Source of the DNA: a virus
Lineage: Duplodnaviria > Heunggongvirae > Uroviricota > Caudoviricetes
Strand: one strand, 5' to 3'
Virus record (IMG/VR): IMGVR_UViG_3300015214_000024
Span: 73,787 to 137,786 of that record
Length of the DNA: 64,000 bases
Under the pieces are notes generated by a model. It saw nothing but the letters and a program-made list of their open reading frames with translations. It did no database searches and was not told where the DNA came from. This document shows, in pieces, positions 1-8,656 of the stretch (within the stretch, counting starts at the first letter, position 1; each line of letters opens with the position of its first letter). Made by a program: the position numbers and the translations under genes.

Positions 1-5
1 CTGAT

Positions 6-182
6 ATGAGCATTCAACCCTGGCTTATGAATTTAGCCAATCAGATGGTAAAAAGTGAATCACCCAGCTATCAGCAAAGTCAATTCAAAAGCCGCCATAC
101 TATGGTCGAATTCTTCATCAAGCAATACTCCTATGGCGAAACTGAAGAGCTTAGAAACACACTATGGTCGATAATCAAATGA
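6..182 (+). CDS. Small hypothetical protein, possibly 5'-truncated by the window edge; paralog of 717..1007
   Basis: Read manually (not in ORF track). C-terminus RHTMVEFFIKQYS...RNTLWSIIK* resembles RHNLAEHFIRQYS...RLTLYRIIK* of 717..1007. ATGA overlap with next gene. Confidence 0.6.
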   Translation: MSIQPWLMNLANQMVKSESPSYQQSQFKSRHTMVEFFIKQYSYGETEELRNTLWSIIK

Positions 183-481
183 GCATTTGGTGGGATGAAT
201 TACGTCGGGATCATAGCTTAATTCTGGATGAAGAAAACCGCGAATCCCTAGAAATAACCGCCCGCACATATAGCCCTATGGTCATATTAAGCACTATATA
301 TGATTTAATGCAGGACGAATCATTATTGAAAGAATTTGAAGTGCAAGTATGGTTAATAAACACACTTGCAAAATATCGTAATGGCGCATTGGTTGATTTT
401 GTAAAGCCAGACCCAGACTTTATATGTAGTGACAAAACAGCTACCATAATAAGGAATACCGTATGGCAACTGACCACATAA
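179..481 (+). CDS. Hypothetical protein
   Basis: ORF 164..481; ATG 179 chosen because it overlaps the upstream TGA (ATGA). Confidence 0.65.
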   Translation: MSIWWDELRRDHSLILDEENRESLEITARTYSPMVILSTIYDLMQDESLLKEFEVQVWLINTLAKYRNGALVDFVKPDPDFICSDKTATIIRNTVWQLTT

Positions 482-720
482 ACCTATTCATCTATATGGA
501 ATTCGCCAATAGGGAAATAGACGAACTGCTACAAAATGTAACTGAACCTGATAAGCAAGAAACACTAGTCAGATACATTATAACTCGTTTCCTATATAGG
601 GATAATCTCCAAGCTAATATAATAAAACATAGCCCTACGGAAGAACTGACTAATATAAGACTATCCATACTAACTATATTATGTGACGGTGAATACTTGA
701 ACGGATGGGCACCAGAATGA
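463..720 (+). CDS. Hypothetical protein
   Basis: ORF in the co-oriented overlapping chain. Confidence 0.6.
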   Translation: MATDHINLFIYMEFANREIDELLQNVTEPDKQETLVRYIITRFLYRDNLQANIIKHSPTEELTNIRLSILTILCDGEYLNGWAPE

Positions 721-1007
721 TCAAATATAATTTAGAGTATCCAGAAAAACAGCAAATTATTCTCAAACGCCTTCCCCAATTTGATGAAAAAGGTATATTA
801 GACCTATTCCACGAACTCAAAGACGATATGACTAATAGGGAGGAATTGGATAATTTCGTGGTCCAAGCTATGATAATAGTCCAGGATAAGGTCAATAAGG
901 AAAACCCTATGCATCAAAGGCACAACTTGGCTGAACACTTCATAAGGCAATACAGTAATAAAGAACGACTCCCAGTAAGACTTACCCTATATAGGATAAT
1001 TAAATGA
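717..1007 (+). CDS. Hypothetical protein; paralog of 6..182
   Basis: ORF 705..1007; ATGA-coupled start at 717. Confidence 0.65.
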   Translation: MIKYNLEYPEKQQIILKRLPQFDEKGILDLFHELKDDMTNREELDNFVVQAMIIVQDKVNKENPMHQRHNLAEHFIRQYSNKERLPVRLTLYRIIK

Positions 1008-1162
1008 AACAAATATTCCAAAGACACATTGGTAAAGTTTACTCCATAGGAGAATATGAATGGCCAATCAAGTTCTTCCAGAAGAACTGGTCCTATTCAG
1101 ACTTAGAGGCAAATAGCCTTTATCCACACATAATTACGGTGCGGGTCCCAAAGAAAAAATGA
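1004..1162 (+). CDS. 52-aa hypothetical protein containing a polB motif-A-like segment (DLEANSLYPHII)
   Basis: Read manually: MKQIFQRHIGKVYSIGEYEWPIKFFQKNWSYSDLEANSLYPHIITVRVPKKK*. Fills the gap exactly, with 4-nt overlaps at both ends. Confidence 0.6.
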   Translation: MKQIFQRHIGKVYSIGEYEWPIKFFQKNWSYSDLEANSLYPHIITVRVPKKK

Positions 1163-1503
1163 CTGAACGTTATCCTATAGTCAGAATCATCAATAGTGTT
1201 CTTATATATGACGAAATAGAGAACATTAAATGTCCCCTATATAGGGAAAGACGCAGTCAGGACATTATAACCGTTAGTATGTCACACCATCGCAGCTATG
1301 CTAGAAAGCTTTTATCCTATTATACTGAAATAGACGAAGTTCAGGAATGGATACTTCACCTGGTCGGCCTACTATATAGGAGACTGGACAACTCCTCCTC
1401 TGGCTTACGGGAAAACAAACAAATCAGACAATCAGCACTACCAGAATGCTTGGATACGGAACTTCGCCACTATCGTGAAACTGTTTTAAAGCTTCTTTCT
1501 TAA
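1159..1503 (+). CDS. Hypothetical protein
   Basis: 114-aa ORF, ATGA-coupled. Confidence 0.65.
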   Translation: MTERYPIVRIINSVLIYDEIENIKCPLYRERRSQDIITVSMSHHRSYARKLLSYYTEIDEVQEWILHLVGLLYRRLDNSSSGLRENKQIRQSALPECLDTELRHYRETVLKLLS

Positions 1504-1776
1504 TCAGACTACTGTGAAATACTTAGCTTTTTTACTCTTCTTAATGTCGTGGCTCAAGCCCCTTTAAAAAATTATCTACATAGTATTGATATACCACAAC
1601 ATATAGTACCATTCTGTGTCCATAGTCCCACTATATAGTGGCAGTTATCTGACTATCGGACTATATAGGATCACGTGATCAGACTGTTACGATAATTATC
1701 TCTTATATAGGAATATCATAATGGGATTAGGTGCCAGCTATTGACTATAGGATGTTTTTCCCGTATAGGAATAGCT
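1504..1776. other. Palindrome-rich intergenic region; candidate replication origin or protein-binding array
   Basis: Perfect palindromes CCACTATATAGTGG (1628-1641), GATCACGTGATC (1669-1680), GATAATTATC (1691-1700). A-rich sequence to the left, T-rich to the right. Confidence 0.4.
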
Positions 1777-2097
1777 ATGAATGAATCACCCACTTCTCTT
1801 AAAGCTATATTGACTGCTAGTGGTTCCGCTTGGGGTCGTCAAGTCCTATATAGGAATCTCCTCACTGTACAATATACTCCAGAGACTCAACTCGCTATAT
1901 TACGTTACGTATTGGAACACTTTATGTTTTGTGTTTCTCCCCGGGAAGATTTCTATCAGAATCCTACTCTGGATGATAAAATCGTTCTTATTATGGATAC
2001 CTGGGAAGAAGCTTGGCTAACTATTATCAGTGAAGGTTTCTATTCCTATATAGGATATAATCAGCGATTGAAGTTTGCAGCGGGATTTATGGCGTGA
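1777..2097 (+). CDS. Hypothetical protein, DTWEEAW / YxG-13 family
   Basis: ORF 1741..2097; ATG 1777 follows AGGA. Contains DTWEEAW; ends YIG+13 aa. Confidence 0.7.
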   Translation: MNESPTSLKAILTASGSAWGRQVLYRNLLTVQYTPETQLAILRYVLEHFMFCVSPREDFYQNPTLDDKIVLIMDTWEEAWLTIISEGFYSYIGYNQRLKFAAGFMA

Positions 2098-2432
2098 CTG
2101 ATTGGCAGGCCTATGACTTATCCTATATAGTGGAAAACTTGGCTTCTCGTCGGGACACTTATGCGAATTTTACTCTCCAGTACATATTAGAAAATAGAAC
2201 ATTTACCTTGGAGGAACAAATTCAATTTTTAGTTTTTCTCTTTACTGATTACCAGCATTTGATTCGTTCTGTTCAGGGTCATAGACCTGATTGTAGTGAA
2301 CGATCCTGTACGGGAGAAATATTCAGTATCCTGGATACCTGGGAAGAAGCTTGGACATATGTTATTCTTCAAGGTACTCCCTATATGGGTTATAGTCAGC
2401 ATTTGTATGAAATTTGTCTATTGTGTCGTTGA
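2094..2432 (+). CDS. Hypothetical protein, DTWEEAW / YxG-13 family
   Basis: GTGA overlap; ILDTWEEAW; ends YMG+13 aa. Confidence 0.75.
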   Translation: MTDWQAYDLSYIVENLASRRDTYANFTLQYILENRTFTLEEQIQFLVFLFTDYQHLIRSVQGHRPDCSERSCTGEIFSILDTWEEAWTYVILQGTPYMGYSQHLYEICLLCR

Positions 2433-2463
2433 TTTTTTTGATGGGCGAAAAATTTCGCTTTCC

Positions 2464-2492
2464 TTGACTTATGCTTTAATACACTGTATGGT
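2464..2492 (+). promoter_or_regulatory. Putative sigma70-like early promoter
   Basis: TTGACT-17 bp-TATGGT in the intergenic gap. Confidence 0.45.
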
Positions 2493-2512
2493 ATATTTTT
2501 GTTTGGGATTTT

Positions 2513-2824
2513 GTGGCGAAATATTCTATGGATGATAAAATTCTCGTTGATCAATTTTATGAGATTTGGAACGGTCATCGTCGTGATAGTTCCCGATATC
2601 AGGATGAGCGTAGCCGTGGGTCCCTTAATGGCCACGCGATGATTAAAAAGTTGCAAAATAGCAAAGACCAGACTGCCCATTTGATTCGTGTTTGGTTTCA
2701 ATCATTGAGTGAAGAAGAGCAATGCTCAGTTGTTCGTTCCAGTATGGCGGATAGCACAATACACCGTGGTGTAAGCTTTTATTTTACTGATATTCATAAA
2801 ACATATAGGAAATTAATCAAATGA
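2513..2824 (+). CDS. Hypothetical protein
   Basis: 103-aa ORF; alternative ATG at 2528. Confidence 0.65.
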   Translation: MAKYSMDDKILVDQFYEIWNGHRRDSSRYQDERSRGSLNGHAMIKKLQNSKDQTAHLIRVWFQSLSEEEQCSVVRSSMADSTIHRGVSFYFTDIHKTYRKLIK

Positions 2825-3243
2825 CTGATATTAGTCAAGACACCATATTGGTTCAATTGGACAATCTAGTCAATAGCGTTGAGGCCAATATCGTCCCCAG
2901 TTACCTTCAAGGTAGTGATCGCGATAATATGGCCATCGAAGTCATAGAACGACTTAGATTGTTGTTAATCTTCTATCAGGAAGAATTGGATGAAGAAACA
3001 GTCAAACGGATATTTGACCAGGTACTCGTTCCTATCGTGGACTCATATCAGAAGTACCGTCTGAACGCCAGTAGGGAAATCTCATTCCACATTAAACTGG
3101 ATAGTGTTTGTAGACATTTAAGTCAACCCAAATGGGACAATGTTTGGACCCAGGCAATCGTCAATCATAATAGAACATATTGGTCAGAGCTCTACTATGG
3201 CGACAGTCCAATGGTGAAAAACAGCTTAGTGATTTGTGGATAA
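2821..3243 (+). CDS. Hypothetical protein, YxG-13 family
   Basis: Ends ELYYGDSPMVKNSLVICG*; paralog of the next gene. Confidence 0.75.
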   Translation: MTDISQDTILVQLDNLVNSVEANIVPSYLQGSDRDNMAIEVIERLRLLLIFYQEELDEETVKRIFDQVLVPIVDSYQKYRLNASREISFHIKLDSVCRHLSQPKWDNVWTQAIVNHNRTYWSELYYGDSPMVKNSLVICG

Positions 3244-3257
3244 AGGGATTGGATAAC

Positions 3258-3662
3258 GTGGATATTAGGAAAGAATTATATTATCTATACCGTGAGGCGG
3301 ATGATTTTATCTTTATCCAATATCCAGACAATCGGACTCGGGATAGTCGAATGATTCACTTGGCAGATAAAACATTATCATTGATTGAAGATCGCGGTGG
3401 TGAATTATATCAAAACGATTTGTATGAAATGTTTCGGCGAATCCTTTTGCCACTGGTGGATATTTGTATGAGCGGACAGCTCAGTGTAATGTCCCAACAT
3501 AAATTTGTTGATATTATTAGTAAAATTCTGGACTTTACCTATGATCCATTTTTCAGCGAAGTGTGGATCCAGTTAGTTATGGAAGATGCCAGCCCTTATT
3601 TGTCAAGTCTCTATATGGGCGATGATCCTGTGGTACTCAACAGTATGGTGATTTGTGGATAG
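3258..3662 (+). CDS. Hypothetical protein, YxG-13 family
   Basis: ORF 3180..3662; GTG 3258 follows AAGGGA. Ends SLYMGDDPVVLNSMVICG*. Confidence 0.75.
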   Translation: MDIRKELYYLYREADDFIFIQYPDNRTRDSRMIHLADKTLSLIEDRGGELYQNDLYEMFRRILLPLVDICMSGQLSVMSQHKFVDIISKILDFTYDPFFSEVWIQLVMEDASPYLSSLYMGDDPVVLNSMVICG

Positions 3663-4008
3663 AGGTTTTAAATATGGAGAACTAATGGTCATTAGTAGTG
3701 GTGGCGGATCTTCTATCTTGGAACAATTAGATAATATGATGACCAGTGTGCTGTTTGCTAATGGGCAGAGCAATCGGTATCAGGCTAAGTTTCTTCTCAA
3801 TAATCATACTAAAATCAATTATTGGACTGAACAATTAAAGTCCAGTGGACCAACCGGACCTTACTACACTATATTGGTGGAAATTTACGAAATACTGGAT
3901 ACGTGGTTGGGTGGATGGGCTACCTATTGGCAACACGTTAGTCCTGTGCTTTTCCCCTACCTGGGAGACGATCCAGAGATTAAATCCCTGGAAACTTTGA
4001 TGAAATAA
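3655..4008 (+). CDS. Hypothetical protein, YxG-13 family
   Basis: ILDTWLGGW; ends PYLGDDPEIKSLETLMK*. Confidence 0.7.
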   Translation: MDRGFKYGELMVISSGGGSSILEQLDNMMTSVLFANGQSNRYQAKFLLNNHTKINYWTEQLKSSGPTGPYYTILVEIYEILDTWLGGWATYWQHVSPVLFPYLGDDPEIKSLETLMK

Positions 4009-4047
4009 AATTATAAAAATGATAAATCCATAATAGGGAGAAAAAAC

Positions 4048-4386
4048 GTGAACCCAATGGAAAAATTCCTACAAACAAACGCCAACATTCATCACGCCCA
4101 AATGGATGATGAAACATATGGCGCCCGGTGGTTATCTGCATTAGAGACTTTAGCTAAAAGCAATCACGCACAAATTCAAGATCCTACCTTACAGCAGGAA
4201 ATTATCTATATGGCGCATTTTATGCGTATAATGTCAGACTCGGATCAAAATAGATTTCTGCAATATTGTGAAAAACTTCTCCCTATGGATTGTATTTTGG
4301 AATTATTAGATAAAAATCCAATTTTACAATACAGCTACCGGGGAGAAAGTGGGCCAATACGATCCTACATTAACATTATGTTATGA
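4048..4386 (+). CDS. Hypothetical protein, YxG-13 family
   Basis: GGGAG RBS; ends YRG+13 aa. Confidence 0.75.
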   Translation: MNPMEKFLQTNANIHHAQMDDETYGARWLSALETLAKSNHAQIQDPTLQQEIIYMAHFMRIMSDSDQNRFLQYCEKLLPMDCILELLDKNPILQYSYRGESGPIRSYINIML

Positions 4387-4763
4387 GAATATATCTTAAA
4401 TTTTCCAGTAAATTGATTGAAGATCTATATACGGATACTTGCCACGAAGGATATGAGCAAATGATCCTAGGTTTGTTGGAAATATTAGTCAAGTTTTCCC
4501 GCAATTTAGAAATTACAGATTACCACAGTATATTGAGTAAACTATCTTTCTGCTATAATTATTCAGAAAATTGGGACGATTTGAATCAAAGATCCATCTA
4601 TCTTCGAGAATCATATTCTAGAATATGGGACAGGGTATTAAAAACTACAGATAGTTTGCTGGACATATGGCCTCAGGTATTATGTAGACGTGATGCAGAT
4701 GACAGTACGGAATATTTTGGTAACTGTGAACATCTAGAAACCATCTGTAGATTGACAAGATAG
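4383..4763 (+). CDS. Hypothetical protein, YxG-13 family
   Basis: ATGA overlap; ends YFG+13 aa. Confidence 0.75.
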   Translation: MRIYLKFSSKLIEDLYTDTCHEGYEQMILGLLEILVKFSRNLEITDYHSILSKLSFCYNYSENWDDLNQRSIYLRESYSRIWDRVLKTTDSLLDIWPQVLCRRDADDSTEYFGNCEHLETICRLTR

Positions 4764-4764
4764 C

Positions 4765-4803
4765 TTGACTGATGTATCTAGATCATCTATAAAGATCTAG
4801 ATA
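4765..4803 (+). promoter_or_regulatory. Putative sigma70-like promoter with overlapping inverted repeat
   Basis: TTGACT (4765)-17 bp-TATAAA (4788). TATCTAGATC (4775-4784) and GATCTAGATA (4794-4803) flank the -10 box. Confidence 0.5.
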
Positions 4804-4821
4804 GATGGGAGATAGATATCC

Positions 4822-5262
4822 GTGGAAGTATTTGAACTAGAGATTGAAAATCCTACCCTACTCTCCTGGGCTTCAGATTTTAGACGTTATGGCCATTCGC
4901 CACACAATTCTATCTATCAAAGTTCTGACAGCGATCAAAAGTTAAAGAACGCCAACCAGGCCAAGGAATGGTTTCGCTGTTTCAATAAACTATGCAGGCA
5001 CTTTGTTGCTTTTGTGCGCGAACCATCCGTTAAGCAATATGTGCTTGATACTTTTCCACTGCATCCTATCCTGGAGGGCCTTTGGTCCCACTCATCCGCT
5101 CTATTAAGTGAATTCTATGGATCTACCTTGGCATTATATGATGAAGACTTTCATATTGAATTCATCAATAGATATCCAGATGTTGGATTTACTCTTAACA
5201 ATTTGCCCTATATTAAAGAACATATGCCTGTTTTGCATTCTTACTTGACAATAATGAAATAA
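4822..5262 (+). CDS. Hypothetical protein
   Basis: GGGAG RBS; 146-aa ORF. Confidence 0.75.
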   Translation: MEVFELEIENPTLLSWASDFRRYGHSPHNSIYQSSDSDQKLKNANQAKEWFRCFNKLCRHFVAFVREPSVKQYVLDTFPLHPILEGLWSHSSALLSEFYGSTLALYDEDFHIEFINRYPDVGFTLNNLPYIKEHMPVLHSYLTIMK

Positions 5263-5287
5263 ATCCCTGGAAGTAAATAGCTATGGA

Positions 5288-5581
5288 ATGCATAAACATA
5301 AATTCTATGAAGCCTTTTTTGATTCACTAAATGTTCGTGGTTTCAGTGTTGATCACGATCTCCTCTACTATATAATTCAACTTGATATAACGACGGATTG
5401 TAAATGTCTAGTCTTACCCTGGTTATCATATATTGATAGAGGGTATGATGAGGATAAATTTCAAGATATACTTTCTATCACAGACACTTGGGAGGAAGCT
5501 TGGCTTTTTGTTATGAGTCAGGGTGTTCGATATTGTGGTAACAATCCATACTTAATCACAGTCTCTAAGCTATACGATTGA
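5288..5581 (+). CDS. Hypothetical protein, DTWEEAW / YxG-13 family
   Basis: ITDTWEEAW; ends YCG+13 aa. Confidence 0.75.
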   Translation: MHKHKFYEAFFDSLNVRGFSVDHDLLYYIIQLDITTDCKCLVLPWLSYIDRGYDEDKFQDILSITDTWEEAWLFVMSQGVRYCGNNPYLITVSKLYD

Positions 5582-5602
5582 CACATTGGCTATTTCCATA
5601 TA

Positions 5603-6010
5603 ATGTCCACCAGAATAGATGGAGATCTTTGGATGAGTTTTGGAAATTTGTTGCTTAAATTGGACAAGTTGCAGACTAATGACATTGGTGGTACGATTGA
5701 GGCAGTAGGCCAAGCATATAGGACCCGTCCTAATTTGATTCTAAAAGATATGGAAGTTTGTCATTATATCAATAACTTGGCTTGGATCAAGGATCCGTCG
5801 CTGTTAATGTACACATTGGCCTACAACAGAAGAAATTCAGATCAAGATGGATTTAAAGATTTTGAAAATCGGTCTATTTTATCACTATTGGGTAAGTTTG
5901 TGGAAAATGATGATTTTTGGATAGAAATTTGCTTCAAGTATCCAGAATATGCTAAATTTTATCGAAATCCAGGATACGGGTTTAAAACTATGATGGCACT
6001 TTTGAAATGA
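5603..6010 (+). CDS. Hypothetical protein
   Basis: 135-aa ORF; ends YRN+13 aa (variant tag). Confidence 0.7.
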   Translation: MSTRIDGDLWMSFGNLLLKLDKLQTNDIGGTIEAVGQAYRTRPNLILKDMEVCHYINNLAWIKDPSLLMYTLAYNRRNSDQDGFKDFENRSILSLLGKFVENDDFWIEICFKYPEYAKFYRNPGYGFKTMMALLK

Positions 6011-6375
6011 AACTGAAAACGATCAAAAAGAGAATACACGATGGGTCTAAGTCAGGTGCCCTCAAGACTATCGCCATTCTTCTGAATGATAAAACGTGGT
6101 CAAAGGATCACGTTAAATTGTTGGCTGAAGCATTAGTGATAGCTAAGTCTGAATTAATAGGTAGTGCTCGGTGGATTAATAATAGTGGTCCACGAAATCC
6201 ACCCCCAGCTGGTATGGGTTCTATCGGTGGTCGCCTACACGATATAATGCTTTTTGAGATAGGTGGCTTACCAGAATGGGTCAAATTTGATTTAATTATG
6301 CACGATCCAGAATTGGGTGAGCTGATATCCAATATGTCTGAAACTTTAAAAAACACCTGGATATTAATTAGATGA
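6007..6375 (+). CDS. Hypothetical protein
   Basis: ATGA-coupled ORF. Confidence 0.7.
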   Translation: MKLKTIKKRIHDGSKSGALKTIAILLNDKTWSKDHVKLLAEALVIAKSELIGSARWINNSGPRNPPPAGMGSIGGRLHDIMLFEIGGLPEWVKFDLIMHDPELGELISNMSETLKNTWILIR

Positions 6376-6884
6376 ATTACACTAAAGCGTTGGTTCTCTG
6401 TGATGAAGTGATGAAGCAGATGGAAGATCATTTTGATCGTTTGTATGAAGAATCTGAAATTCAACATTTAAAAAATGTTTATAAGCAACTAACCAACATC
6501 AAGGGAAATATTGGATCCTTGATGAAGGATGAAAAAAATTGGGCTCATAGAGCCAATAAGGAACAACTTAATGATGGGCTGTATAAGCTATATTCAATCA
6601 CGATAGGGAATGATCCTTGGGCTGATAAATGTTATGAGATAATCAAGGCATTGTATAACTGGGAAGTGATTAATAATTCAATTTCAAGGGTAGAGCAAAA
6701 TCCAAATCTTTTACCTTCTAGTGACTTTTATAACCAATATCGGATAACTTATGGTAGGCTGTTGGAAAGTTTCAACTACACGGAAGATGAGATTGTGAAC
6801 TTGATAACAATGTATCCATATTTGTCAAAAATATACACTGGTAACCATAATGTAGTAACATCCATTGGAGCAATGTTGACGTGA
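6372..6884 (+). CDS. Hypothetical protein, YxG-13 family
   Basis: ATGA-coupled; ends YTG+13 aa. Confidence 0.75.
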   Translation: MNYTKALVLCDEVMKQMEDHFDRLYEESEIQHLKNVYKQLTNIKGNIGSLMKDEKNWAHRANKEQLNDGLYKLYSITIGNDPWADKCYEIIKALYNWEVINNSISRVEQNPNLLPSSDFYNQYRITYGRLLESFNYTEDEIVNLITMYPYLSKIYTGNHNVVTSIGAMLT

Positions 6885-7315
6885 AATCTGCCAATAGTAG
6901 TAAAAGTTTTTGGACTCGCCAATACAAAGAGTATAAAAAAGCTATCAAGGAAAATACTCCTTTGATTGAGCTGTTGCCCAGTCACCCATATGTTATTAAA
7001 TTTATCAGTGGGCCTACTAAGGAGCAGCAACTGGCAGCGGTCTTGAGCGATGCCAGAGTAATGAAATATATTAAAGGGGTTGACCATTACGTTGCAATAC
7101 GTGCCATCAAAGTATTACCTTGGGTGATTAAATATGTGGTAAATCCCACGGAAGAAATGTGGCTCCACGCATTAACCCACGATCCAAATTTAATTTTTAA
7201 ATCTCCTAAAATTACCTGGCCTATGTTTGAAACCGTCTTTGGTAAGGTGAAAAGATTAAATAGTCATAAGGGATTACTGCCTGAAATGAGGACTGCTATA
7301 ATATTGGTTAGTTGA
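6881..7315 (+). CDS. DUF4116-like helical repeat protein
   Basis: Repeats PTKEQQLAAVLSDARVMKYI and IKYVVNPTEEMWLHAL. Confidence 0.6.
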   Translation: MKSANSSKSFWTRQYKEYKKAIKENTPLIELLPSHPYVIKFISGPTKEQQLAAVLSDARVMKYIKGVDHYVAIRAIKVLPWVIKYVVNPTEEMWLHALTHDPNLIFKSPKITWPMFETVFGKVKRLNSHKGLLPEMRTAIILVS

Positions 7316-7785
7316 TGAAAACAGACTGCAAAAACTTAATTAGAGAAATTAAGAATACTGTACCACTGACAAGTAATCTTGCCTCTAATATACACGAAAT
7401 TGAAAAATTTGTAAAAGTTCAAGATCTAATAGTGGAACTTGATGGTATTGGACTTGATGAGCAAATATCACTAGTAGTTGGAATCTTTAAAGACTATTTC
7501 CAACCTATTATTTTATCCACACTTTCATATGAAGTTGATTTCATCAAGGTAGTTGAACCAATTCTAAGAACTCCAAAAATACCCCTACACGCATCAAAGA
7601 TTTTAGGAGAACGTATAGGAATTTCTCCAGCATTTTCCTATAATTCAATTTTGAATAAATTGATAGAACCAACGGAAGTTGAGAAAAAAATAGGTGAAAT
7701 TTTATTCATTCATAACTCCAACAAGCTATCTGGTTTAAAAAACACATCCGCATTACATATTGCGCTTAGTACTCTTAAGGATTGA
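7312..7785 (+). CDS. Hypothetical protein
   Basis: 157-aa ORF in the chain. Confidence 0.65.
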   Translation: MMKTDCKNLIREIKNTVPLTSNLASNIHEIEKFVKVQDLIVELDGIGLDEQISLVVGIFKDYFQPIILSTLSYEVDFIKVVEPILRTPKIPLHASKILGERIGISPAFSYNSILNKLIEPTEVEKKIGEILFIHNSNKLSGLKNTSALHIALSTLKD

Positions 7786-7834
7786 CAGGTACTATAATTC
7801 ATTGTAAAACCATCTACAGTGATAGGAGGTTTAC

Positions 7835-8620
7835 GTGAAGCTAATTGATAAAGTTAAAAAAGATCCTTCTCTTCTTCGAGATTATTCAACGGCTCCTATC
7901 GCTGTTCAGCGAGCAGCTATTGAGGCTGATTTCAATTCTATTCGTTATATTAAAAACCCAAATCAAGAAATACAATGCTTGGCTGTAAGGCGTGGAGGTA
8001 TAACTGCCTACAAGTTGATTAATAGTCCGTGCTATGATGCAAAAAAAGTTTTGGCCGAAATGCAGCCGATGAAAATTAATAAAAATATTGCAGTTGATGA
8101 AACCCTAATGGAGATAGCTATTAGGGCTAATACTGACTGTGTGGCAACATTTCGTACTATTCCTTACAGGCTTCAAAAGCTGGCCCGAGAATTGTCCAAG
8201 CCGGTCGAAATTATTAATATTATCAAGGATCCGCATCCAGATTTAGTTAGGGATTACCTATCTGAAAACAATCGAATTAATAGTTTGAATTCTGTCCCAC
8301 CTGATGTAGAGCTTGAACATCTGAATAGGGCTAAGAATGCACAAGAAGTATATTCCCTATATGGACAATTGCGGAACCCAACTTTAGTTGCTCAGAAACA
8401 TTACGTTAAAATGATTCTTGCAATGTCAAAACGTGAAAATATGCCATTTGTCAGCATCGCCTCCTGGAGAAATGTCTCTGGGCGTATTGATGAGGATTTG
8501 AAATATGAAATCCTCCAAAATACCAATATGGCAGAACTGGATCAACGGACGATGCCGATTCTTCGAAGTGTGTTTCGAGGTAATGAAACTCTTATGAATG
8601 CCTTGACAATTTTGTCTTGA
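7835..8620 (+). CDS. DUF4116-like helical repeat protein
   Basis: AGGAGG RBS; VQRAAIEADFNSIRYIKNPNQEIQCLAV repeats. Confidence 0.7.
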   Translation: MKLIDKVKKDPSLLRDYSTAPIAVQRAAIEADFNSIRYIKNPNQEIQCLAVRRGGITAYKLINSPCYDAKKVLAEMQPMKINKNIAVDETLMEIAIRANTDCVATFRTIPYRLQKLARELSKPVEIINIIKDPHPDLVRDYLSENNRINSLNSVPPDVELEHLNRAKNAQEVYSLYGQLRNPTLVAQKHYVKMILAMSKRENMPFVSIASWRNVSGRIDEDLKYEILQNTNMAELDQRTMPILRSVFRGNETLMNALTILS

Positions 8621-8656
8621 TATGTTATTACGTGTCAAGACACTAGGAATCAGTAA

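Larger units (their letters stand above)
591..2130. repeat. Cluster of palindromic CCTATATAGG / CTATATAG motifs
   Basis: Exact CCTATATAGG at 591, 986, 1236, 1845, 2045. CTATATAG variants at 1372, 1631, 1661, 2123. Occurs in different reading frames and in non-coding DNA. Confidence 0.85.

Noticed and set aside
1994-2354. 23-bp direct repeat as a CRISPR array
   Set aside because: Only two exact copies, 338 bp apart, both in frame within paralogous genes (DTWEEAW); no spacer periodicity and no cas genes.
5578-5604. TTGACA...TATAAT promoter
   Set aside because: Spacer is only 15 bp and the -10 box overlaps the next start codon.
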